Below are positions 49,290 through 60,132 of a stretch of DNA of 64,000 nucleotides, one piece after another; within the stretch, counting starts at the first letter, position 1; each line of letters starts with the position of its first letter. The stretch comes from Macrostomum lignano (Eukaryota). The stretch is from contig NIVC01000476.1 of the NCBI GenBank assembly GCA_002269645.1, positions 1-64,000 on the forward strand. Reading direction: 5' to 3'. Below the pieces are notes generated by a model, which saw only the letters and a program-made list of their open reading frames with translations, did no database searches and was not told where the DNA came from. Position numbers and translations under genes: made by a program.

Positions 49290-49950
49290 TATGAGGGCTA
49301 AGCAATAAGTTTCTAGATATGCCCAGACAGAAATAGTTTAAGAGAAAAAACAGTTGCATCTTTTCAAAGTACTCTCCAGAAGATTCAATGTAAATTTTCA
49401 TGTGCTTTACCACTTGCTAAAGCAGGCACCTCCTCCACATGCCAGATGAAGGCCTCTATTGCAGCTTCTGATGATCCATAGTAGATTCCACACATCCTGC
49501 GCTTGATTTGTGGAAACAGGGGGCCATGTTGAGGCTGTAGGGTGGATGACCAAGCTCTTGAATGCACTCTCTAGCCAGGAACTCCACCACCTGTTGAGCC
49601 TTGTGGGCTGGGGCATTGTTGTGATGGAGAAGGATGCCCCAAGCTTGAGTCCTTGGGCGATGCCTGGAGAGAGTGCTCAGCACTTCTGGCAGGCAAACAT
49701 TGGCGTACTAGTCACCGGTGACTGTGCGCTGCTGCACAAGTGGAACTGTGGCCAGATGACTAGTTTTCGCCACAAAAATGGCCACCATCTGCTTTGCCAC
49801 GCTGCACTCTCACCGAAGCTTGGATGGTGGGATGCCGCCAACTGGAGTCCACTGGGCCGACTGCTGCTTAGTCTCCTGTTTAGAATTCTGCTGTTTTTTT
49901 CAATTCTATGCTAATTTAAATAGAAAAATTATGTCAATATCTATATGCCA
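49290..49950 (-). mobile_element. Decayed mariner (Tc1/mariner) transposase 3' half
   Basis: LLHHNNAPAH (from HDNAPAH), HPPYSLNMAPCF (from YSPDLAPCDF), GEYFEK C-terminus; terminus TA|TATGAGGG resembles TACGAGGG. Confidence 0.85.
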
Positions 49951-51632
49951 AAATTTAAGAGAAGATATATTTCTTAGAAATAAACTTTTATTGAACTTTT
50001 AAGTATAAAGTATAGTATTCCACTGTAGCTATGGCTACAGCTATGGGATCCTATGGCAAATATGGTAAAATAGGTGCTTATAACAACTACAGATATGCCT
50101 ACAGTAGATAGCTGCTCTTACAGCTATAACTACAAAAATATAGTAGTTTTTGTCATATTCCATAGATTCCTATAGCCATAGTTATTAATTTAAAAATTAA
50201 AAAATATTAGAAACAAGTAGAGTAAAACAAAGATACTTTGGTAAACTATATTATAGACTTAGAAACTTATAAGTTATACCTAATAAATTACAACAAAACA
50301 TTAACAAACCATAACTTTTATTAATGTGAAAAAGTTAAGCAATACTTTTAGTAGTGATTAAGTATCATTACTCTGTAAAAAGATAAAATATAATCTTTCA
50401 AAGGCAATCAAGTGTTTGTTTTATTTTCTATTATTTTTTGTAGTTGTTTAAGCACCAAGTTATCTTCCTGGTTCAAAATATTTTGTTTCTTAGACTTTAA
50501 GATATTTTGTTAAAACTATGGCTATGGCCATGGGAACTATAGAAATATAGTAATATTGGGGTTTTCAGCGTAATTGTAATGAAACAGACTATGGGATATG
50601 TTTTCATGTGCAATATTAGTCTGTTAGCATACATTGGCATATAAGAGCTAAGAAAGCAAATTTTGTTCTAGTGTACATTGGTACATAATACTAATATTAG
50701 GTATGCCCATTCTTATAATATTATATTTTAGCTGCTATGTGAATAAATAAGACATTATTGGCATAGCACTATATGGATAATATTATCATTATTAAAATAA
50801 GATCATAGGAATTAGTGCTTTTATAATGATTATTAATTACTAACTAGTGTTCTACCACTAAACACCATGGATTGCAAAGACTATAACTATAAATGTAACT
50901 ATAAATTTTTGCCACCTGACTATAGCTGTATATTTTTTGATCAAAATCTTTATAATCCATATTTTCCTATAACTATGGCTATAATATAACAAAATTATAA
51001 AAAAAGCTGCAAACAAATTAATATGAGAAATCCTAAATATGTTATTACAAATCTTATCTATCTCTTTATTACATATCTAATGACTTCCTAAAAGGTAATA
51101 TGTAAAAGGACTTTAATATTTTAACATTGCTTTAGGAAAACATGACTTGCTGCAGATGCAACTACATTATCTATTTATAATTATATCCATAATTACAGGG
51201 TAACAATATTACTACTTTCTAATTATAAAAACTTGTTTCAAGAGAGAAAATATTCATTTCTGGCCTAATTTGACCTTAATTAACTGAAAAATTAAGTGTT
51301 GCCATTACTTTTTATAAAAGTGCACAAATATTTTATTCATTTTAAAGAATTTTTATTTGTTTAAATTTTCAAAATTTTAATAGTATCAGAATACCAAACT
51401 ATTTGGAAAATAAAAAAATGTATTGTAAGTTACTAAAGTGTATAATTGTTAAGAAAGTATAAATGTGAAAAATACTTAGCATGTAACAAGTGGAATGATA
51501 TTAACATTCACAGTTATTTAGTCAAAAATGTGTTTATAGCCTAGTTATTAGGTATATAATGCTTATTATCAGCAAATGCTAAAAATGCAAGACAAAGTAC
51601 ATTATTATTCTAACATTTACTGGATCCCACAG

Positions 51633-54600
51633 CCTTGTTTGCAAATCCTAAACTCTCAGTCTCAGTGAAGATTGAGAGGCTGACAAATTTCTTAGAGACT
51701 GCGCCAGTTTTTGTAAGTTTATTTTACATTCTGTGTAATGAGTCTACACAGAAGACTTATTTTAAACTAACTTATACATTAATGAGATGTAGGTAATGAT
51801 GAGATGTAGAGATTGATAACATGTAGGTAATGATGAGATGTAGGGATTGATGAGATGCAGGTTAGCAGGTATTGATAAAATGCAGGGCTTGATGAGATGT
51901 AGGGATTGATGAGATGTAGGGATTGATGAGATGCAGGGAATGATGAGATGCAGGGAATGATGAGATGTAGGAATGATGGGATCTAGGGATTGACGAGATG
52001 CAGGGATTGATGAGATGCAGGGAATGATGAGATGTAGGGATTGACGAGATGCAGGGATTGATGAGATGCAGGGAATGATGAGATGTAGGGATTGACGAGA
52101 TGCAGGGATTGATGAGATGCAGGGAATGATGAGATGTAGGGATTGACGAGATGCAGGGATTGATGAGATGCAGGGAATGATGAGATGTAGGGATTGACGA
52201 GATGCAGGGATTGATGAGATGCAGGGAATGATGAGATGTAGGGATTGACGAGATGCAGGGATTGATGAGATGCAGGGAATGATGAGATGTAGGGATTGAC
52301 GAGATGCAGGGAATGATGATATAAATGTGTAAGGAATAATCAGAGGTGCATGCAGAGACTGACGGGGAGATATTCACTGAGAGTGAGTATTTGAGATGCA
52401 AGGATGCTAAGCCACTTCTGTACTCCTATCCTCCGCAGGAGGTGCACACTGCCCTGCCAACCCTGCTGGACAACATCCTTGGCTACGATGGCGACGCCAA
52501 CTGGCGTCTGCTTAGCCGGCCTTCGCCGAACTCCTCCGCAGCTGCCTCGTCCTCATGGAGCAGTAGCGGCAGCGGTTCCTCAGCCGAGTACCGGCTCATC
52601 CTGAGCTTCCTGGCGCCAGCCGGGCCGCTGTGCCAGTGCCTGCTGCGCCGGCTTCTACCTGATCAGGCCTGTCGCTATGACTTCCCCGTGTCCCGCCTGT
52701 CCCACCGGACCCAGTGCCTGCTGTTGCAGCAGTCTGACGCAGCATCGAATTCAACTGCCGACGCCAGTTTGCAGTTTTTCCGCCAACGATTCAATCAGAC
52801 TGTTGCTGCTAATGCTGCGTCTTCTTCTGCTGCTGGGGCGCCGGTGTTGCGCTTGAATGCGCTGGAATTGCTACTGTTCAACCTTATTGGCCATCCGGCT
52901 CATGTTGGTTGCCGGGCATCTGATTGGAGAGGCTCAGTTGATTATCTATATTGCCAGCTGCTCATGCTGTACATGCAGCATTTCTTGCTCATGACCGACT
53001 GCTCTGTGCAGCTCTTTGATCGGGACTTTGCCGCCGCAGCCATCGCCCCCGCTGTTGATGTCGACGGATTCGGCTACGGCTACGGCTACTCGTCTCTGAT
53101 TGGTCGGGCCGGCAGAACCGGAGCCGGGGAGCCGCCCTATCCGGTTGATTGCTTTGTCCAATCGCTGCTGGAGTTCTGGATCGGCTGGTGCTGCTTGGAT
53201 TGCCGCCACGCGCCTTGTTTGACCACCTGCTCGGGGATTGCTAGGGACTTCCTGGTGAGCTGGCTTGCTGATTGGGGAGTCTTGGTTGCTGATTGGGGAG
53301 TCTTGGTTGCTGATTGGGGAGTCTTGGTTGCTGATTGGGGAGTCTTGGTTGCTGATTGGGGAGTCTTGGTTGCTGATTGGGGAGTCTTGGTTGCTGATTG
53401 GGGAGTCTTGGTTGCTGATTGGGGAGTCTTGGTTGCTGATTGGGGAGTCTTGGTTGCTGATTGGGGAGTCTTGGTTGCTGATTGGGGAGTCTTGGTTGCT
53501 GATTGGGGAGTCTTGGTTGCTGATTGGGGAGTCTTGGTTGCTGATTGGGAAGTCTTGGTTGCTGATTGGGGAGTCTTGGTTGCTGATTGGGGAGTCTTGG
53601 TTGCTGATTGGGAAGTCTTGGTTGCTGATTGGGAAGTCTTGGTTGCTGATTGGGGAGTCTTGGTTGCTGATTGGGAAGTCTTGGTTGCTGATTGGGAAGT
53701 CTTGGTTGCTGATTGGGGAGCTGAATTGCTGATTGGAGAGCTGATTGGGAGAGTCTTGGTTGCTGATTGGGAGAGTCTTGGTTGCTGATTGGGGAGCTGA
53801 ATTGCTGATTGGAGAGCTGATTGGGAGAGTCTTGGTTGCTGATTGGGAGAGTCTTGGTTGCTGATTGGGAGAGTCTTGGTTGCTGATTGGGGAGCTGAAT
53901 TGCTGATTGGAGAGCTGATTGGGAGAGTCTTGGTTGCTGATTGGGAGAGTCTTGGTTGCTGATTGGGGAGCTGAATTGCTAATTGGAGAGCTGATTGGGA
54001 GAGTCTTGGTTGCTGATTGGGAGAGTCTTGGTTGCTGATTGGGGAGCTGAATTGCTAATTGGAGAGCTGATTGGGAGAGTCTTGGTTGCTGATTGGGAGA
54101 GTCTTGGTTGCTGATTGGGAGAGTCTTGGTTGCTGATTGGGGAGCTGAATTGCTGATTGGAGAGCTGATTGGGAGAGTCTTGGTTGCTGATTGGGAGAGT
54201 CTTGGTTGCTGATTGGGAGAGTCTTGGTTGCTGATTGGGGAGCTGAATTGCTAATTGGAGAGCTGATTGGGAGAGTCTTGGTTGCTGATTGGGAGAGTCT
54301 TGGTTGCTGATTGGGGAGCTGAATTGCTAATTGGAGAGCTGATTGGGAGAGTCTTGGTTGCTGATTGGGAGAGTCTTGGTTGCTGATTGGGAGAGTCTTG
54401 GTTGCTGATTGGGAGAGTCTTGGTTGCTGATTGGGGAGCTGAATTGCTGATTGGAGAGCTGATTGGGAGAGTCTTGGTTGCTGATTGGGAGAGTCTTGGT
54501 TGCTGATTGGGGAGCTGAATTGCTAATTGGAGAGCTGATTGGGAGAGTCTTGGTTGCTGATTGGGAGAGTCTTGGTTGCTGATTGGGAGAGTCTTGGTTG

Positions 54601-57600
54601 CTGATTGGGAGAGTCTTGGTTGCTGATTGGGAGTCTTGGTTGCTGATTGAAATGAGTCTTGGTTGCTGATTGGGAGAGTCTTGGTTGCTGATTGGGAGAG
54701 TCTTGGTTGCTGATTGGGAGTCTTGGTTGCTGATTGAAATGGAGTCTTGGTTGCTGATTGGGGAGGCCACCCTGACAATGGTATCTAAACCTACCCTGAG
54801 AATTAGCTGTTTACTTCCGCCTTCTACTTGCCGCCGCCAACAGGAAGACCTGCACCCCACGCCTGACCACGTGTGCCTGGTCCGCCTGGCGGTAAAGTAC
54901 CTGCATCATTTTGCGTACGCGCCTCGCCTCGCCGGCCTGCCCCGGCCCGACACCAGCCCCCGGGCACCGCAGCTGCTCCTGGGTGCCGACCGCTACCGCA
55001 GCGAGCGGCTGCCACGTCTGCTGCAACCGAAGCTGGCCGGGTTTTTCGATTTTACATTTCAACAATGGCCGTACGATACTAGCTTCCGGTTTGTGCTGGA
55101 GGCCTGGCTGTCATATCTGCAGGTGTGTGTGTGATCGTTGCAGTGTGATCTTTTAGGCAGGTTGGTCACTTGCGTGTGTTTTTGCTCATTGCAGTGTGAT
55201 CTTTTAGGCAGGTTGGTCACTTGCGTGTGTTTTTGCTCATTGCAGTGTGATCTTTTAGGCAGGTTGGTCACTTGCGTGTGTTTTTGCTCATTGCAGTGTG
55301 ATCTTTTAGGCAGGTTGGTCACTTGCGTGTGTTTTTGCTCATTGCAGTGTGATCTTTTAGGCAGGTTGGTCACTTGCGTGTGTTTTTGCTCATTGCAGTG
55401 TGATCTTTTAGGCAGGTTGGTCACTTGCGTGTGTTTTTGCTCATTGCAGTGTGATCTTTTAGGCAGGTTGGTCACTTGCGTGTGTTTTTGCTCATTGCAG
55501 TGTGATCTTTTAGGCAGGTTGGTCACATGTGTGTGATCATTGCAGTGTGACCTTATAGCCAGGTTGATTACCTATGTGTTTGTGATCACTGCAGTGGGAC
55601 CTTATAGCCAGGTTGATTACCTATGTGTTTGTGATCACTGCAGTGGGACCTTATAGCCAGGTTGATTACCTATGTGTTTGTGATCACTGCAGTGGGACCT
55701 TATAGCCAGGTTGATTACCTATGTGTTTGTGATCATTGCAGTGTGACCTTATAGCCAGGTTGATTACCTATGTGTTTGTGATCACTGCAGTGGGACCTTA
55801 TAGCCAGGTTGATTACCTATGTGTTTGTGATCACTGCAGTGGGACCTTATAGCCAGGTTGATTACCTATGTGTTTGTGATCATTGCAGTGTGACCTTATA
55901 GGCAGTTTGGTCACAGGTGTGGTCATTGTAGTGTAACCTTTATAGGTAGGTCAGTCGCAGGTGTGCTATAAGAACATATTTAATGATTGTTCTCTATTTT
56001 CATTAGGTAACTCGTGACCAGTTAGGCTACCGATATGTAGCGCAGATAACTTTCTCGGTTAGGTTTATGGGGGGGGGGTTAACAAGCTTAATGTTTCATA
56101 AGCTCGACTGTTGGAGCAAAGAGTTTGAAGCCGTCAATTCTTCATTTTGCTGTTCATCCTTTCACGCTCGCCGCAGCCCTGGCGCTATGTGGACTCGCCG
56201 ATGCACCCGGCAACTGGTGGGACGGACGTCTCCCCCGGCACAGGCTGGTCGGCCTTTGTTGAGTCCAATGCTCATTTCTACGCTGACCTGTGGCTGGGTC
56301 TGCTGCGCAGGCTGGCCCGGGCCGACCTGCGGGTGCCCCGGTTCGCCCACATGCTGCACCGCTGCCTGTCTGTGTACTGCCGGGCCCGGCCACTGCTGGC
56401 CGATGCATTCTCTGTCGCCGCTGCTGCCGCAGCTGCCAACGCCGGCGGAGGCACGTCGCCATCTCGACAGTCGGCGATGCAGATGTCGGATGGCTGCGGT
56501 ACTGGCGCCGCACTTTGGTGGCAGCGCCAGGCCGAGGTGACCCGCCTTGGCGCCGAGCTGCTGCGCGCCTGCGTTGACGCCAAGCGCCGATCGGGCTTAA
56601 AGAGCGGCTCAGTTGCCGCCGACTCTGCCGACAATAACAACTATGACGATCAGGCCGACGTTCGGACTCGGGTTGTGGATTATCTGGCTGATTCGGCGAG
56701 GCTGCTGGCTCTGGTCTGCGATCTGGGCGGCGATGAAGCTGTAGCGGAGGCTGAGGCCGAGGCAGAGGCCAGCGGAGCCGATTTGTCGACTGGGACGGCG
56801 CTGCCGCGGCCGCAGACGTCGCCGTGGTCCTCGGGGCCGCTGGACAGTCAAGCGCCTGACGTGGCGCCGGACGGCACTCTGACGCCTCTGGGCCGCTACC
56901 AGCTCGCTAATAATGCCAGGCGCTTCCAGTATCTGCCTTACTCTGGCGACTGGGACAGGTGAGTGAGCGGCTGAGCCTTTGAGTTTTTCCTTTTCTTAAT
57001 CTACTAAAGTTACCCAGACAGTGGCCTCTAAACCTACCCTGAGAATGGCCTCTAAACCTACCCTGAGAATGGCCTCTAAACCTACCCTGAAATGGCCTCT
57101 AAACCTACCCTGAGAATGGCCTCTAAACCTACCCTGAGAATGGCCTCTAAACCTACCCTGAGAATGGCCTCTAAACCTACCCTGAGAATAGCCTCTAAAC
57201 CCTGAAAATGGCCTCTAAACCTACCCTGAGAATGGCCTCTAAACCTACCCTGAGAATGGCCTCTAAACCTACCCTGAGAATGGCCTCTAAACCTACCCTG
57301 AGAATGGCCTCTAAACCTACCCTGAGAATGGCCTCTAAACCTACCCTGAGAATGGCCTCTAAACCTACCCTGAGAATGGCCTCTAAACCTACCCTGAGAA
57401 TGGCCTCTAAACCTACCATGAGAATGGCCCCTAAACCTACCCTGAGAATGGCCTCTAAACCTACCCTGAGAATGGCCTCTAAACCTACCCTGAGAATGGC
57501 CTCTAAACCTACCCTGAGAATGGCCTCTAAACCTACCCTAAGAATGGCCTCTAAACCTACCCTGAGAATGGCCTCTAAACCTACCCTGAGAATGGCCTCT

Positions 57601-58939
57601 AAACCTACCCTGAGAATGGCCTCTAAACCTACCATGAGAATGGCCCCTAAACCTACCATGAGAATGGCCCCTAAACCTACCCTTAGAATGGCCTCTAAAC
57701 CTACCATGAGAATGGCCTCTAAACCTACCATGAGAATGGCCTCTAAACCTACCCTGAGAATGGCCTCTAAACCTACCCTGAGAATGGCCTCTAAACCTAC
57801 CCTGAGAATGGCCTCTAAACCTACCCTGAGAATGGCCTCTAAACCTACCCTGAGAATGGCCTCTAAACCTACCCTGAGAATGGCCTCTAAACCTACCCTG
57901 AGAATGGCCTCTAAACCTACCCTGAGAATGGCCTCTAAACCTACCATGAGAATGGCCCCTAAACCTACCCTGAGAATGGCCTCTAAACCTACCATGAGAA
58001 TGGCCCCTAAACCTACCCTGAGAATGGCCTCTAAACCTACCCTGAGAATGGCCTCTAAACCTACCCTGAGAATGGCCTCTAAACCTACCCTGAGAATGGC
58101 CTCTAAACCTACCCTGAGAATGGCCTCTAAACCTACCCTGAGAATGGCCTCTAAACCTACCCTGAGAATGGCCTCTAAACCTACCATGAGAATGGCCCCT
58201 AAACCTACCCTGAGAATGGCCTCTAAACCTACCATGAGAATGGCCCCTAAACCTACCCTGAGAATGGCCTCTAAACCTACCATGAGAATGGCCCCTAAAC
58301 CTACCCTGACAATGGCCTCTAAACCTACCCTGCCACCGCAGGCAGCCAGTCAGGTCCTGGGAATGCGGCACCCTAGTGGTGCTCACCACCGAGCTGTCGG
58401 ACTGGCTCACCCACCTGGCCGGCCGAGACCGACTCGAATCTCTATGCTCGCGGTCCCGGCTAGCTCGCCTATTGCTGGCGGCGCCAAACGAGCGCGATCG
58501 TCTGCGCCGGCGCCTCGGCCGACGCGCGGCGCCAATTTTACGAGTATGCTCTTCTTCTTCTTCGTCGCGAGAGTGTAAAGATCGGGCCGGAGATGCGAGA
58601 ATCTCATTGAGATGGCTGGCGGGCTACCCGACCCTGTTGGTGATGCTGGCAGCCTATGCCGCCTACAGCTGCCTGCTTGGCTACAAGTCTCTGGCCTTAT
58701 TCTGCTTGCTAATAGCTTTCACCAAGTTCTGCCTGCTAGTGCTCGATGAGGCCTGCTGGATTTGGAGATTCGGATCGGCAAATCCTGCTGGTGCTACTAC
58801 TGCTAGCAATAGTACTAGTAGTAGTGCTAGTAAAAGTCCGGCTCTGGATGTGTCTGACTGTTCTCGGCTTGTTGGTTCCGCTATTAGAAGCGGCCCGATA
58901 CCGTTTCCCGGCTTGGATGCGTCCTCTTTGGCCGATTGA
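51633..58939 (+). CDS. SMPD4: Sphingomyelin phosphodiesterase 4 / nSMase3-like. Exons ~51633-51712, 52439-53254, 54844-55122, 56177-56958, 58342-58939; first exon not located
   Basis: EVHTALPTLLDNILG, YDFPVSRL, PTPDHVCLVRL, QWPYDTSFRFVLEAWLSYLQ|PWRY, WSAFVESN, LTPLGRYQL..RRF, QPVRSWE, ISLRWLAGYPTL and a C-terminal TM all match SMPD4. All listed junctions are GT-AG and phase-compatible. Confidence 0.9.
51775..52320. repeat. 17-bp minisatellite with 51-bp (3x17) higher-order unit
   Basis: gatgagatgcagggaat / gatgagatgtagggatt / gacgagatgcagggatt cycle. Confidence 0.93.
53265..54765. repeat. 18-20 bp minisatellite (gtcttggttgctgattgggga) with higher-order blocks
   Basis: Pure 18-mers up to ~53720, then 20-mers interleaved with a gagctgaattgct..ggagagctg unit. 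Confidence 0.96.
55135..55910. repeat. Two adjacent related ~48-bp minisatellites
   Basis: ttgcagtgtgatcttttaggcaggttggtcacttgcgtgtgtttttgctca, then ctgcagtgggaccttatagccaggttgattacctatgtgtttgtgatca. Confidence 0.95.
57022..58332. repeat. 24-bp minisatellite (aatggcctctaaacctaccctgag)
   Basis: Over 50 tandem units filling the intron. Confidence 0.97.
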
Positions 58940-59359
58940 TTTATGGTGTAATTGTTATCTCTCATTCCTTAGTGCATTTTTTAGTTTCACTTTATTTAAA
59001 CTAATCTTGAAGCATTGCGTTCTAGCATGAGAAAGGTGTAGCGTCTTGTGACACTGGACAATTGGATGGTAGAATTCGTTTCACCTGAAGGATCGGTGAG
59101 TTTAGCGGGTTCTAATTCAAGCCAAAGTACATTTGCTTTTGTATGTGTTTAATCTTGCTGCATTCATCATCGTCACTATTTCACAATACGCGTTTGAGTT
59201 CTTTTTTTACGCTCGTAAGTAGTGCAATTGTGTAGTATTGTATTTTTTAATATCCTAAATAAATATGTATTGGCGTTTAATCAGCATGTCATATTGGCAA
59301 GCTTGCCGTTCATTCATTATTTTGTCACAATTGTGCTGGCTGGGCTTTAGGGGCTGGCC

Positions 59360-59510
59360 ATCTGTCTATCTGTCTATCTATCTATCTATCTGTCTATCTA
59401 TCTATCTGTCTATCTATCTATCTGTCTATCTATCTGTCTATCTATCTATCTGTCTATCTATCTGTCTATCTATCTATCTGTCTATCTATCTATCTATCTA
59501 TCTATCTATG

Positions 59511-59555
<45 letters not shown>

Positions 59556-60020
59556 GTCTATCTATCTATCTGTCTATCTATCTGTCTATCTATCTATCTG
59601 TCTATCTATCTATCTGTCTATCTATCTGTCTATCTATCTATCTGTCTATCTATCTATCTGTCTATCTATCTATCTATCTATCTGTCTATCTATCTATCTA
59701 TCTGTCTATCTATCTATCTGTCTATCTATCTATCTATCTATCTATCTGTCTATCTATCTATCTATCTGTCTATCTATCTGTCTATCTATCTGTCTATCTA
59801 TCTATCTGTCTATCTATCTGTCTATCTATCTATCTATCTGTATATCTATCTATCTGTCTATCTATCTGTCTATCTATCTATCTGTCTATCTATCTGTCTA
59901 TCTATCTGTCTATCTATCTATCTGTCTATCTATCTGTCTATCTATCTATCTATCTGTCTATCTATCTAATCTGTCTATCTATCTATCTGTCTATCTATCT
60001 ATCTATCTATCTATATATCT
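59360..60020. repeat. (TCTA/TCTG)n microsatellite
   Basis: Direct observation. Confidence 0.97.
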
Positions 60021-60132
60021 CTCGATCACCAGTGCAGCTCAGCCACAAGCCCCACCGCATCACTTCTGCCCTGAGTCGGACACCGCCAGCCCAGCCGCAG
60101 ACTCCGCACTCGACAACCTGCCCAGCTGAGCG

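Noticed and set aside
53255-53788. (VLVADWG)n extension of the SMPD4 ORF
   Set aside because: Read-through past the cctg|gtgagc donor into the minisatellite; SMPD4 homology resumes at 54844.
57195-58578. MASKPTLR / VGLEAILR repeat proteins
   Set aside because: A 24-bp array inside a phase-compatible SMPD4 intron.
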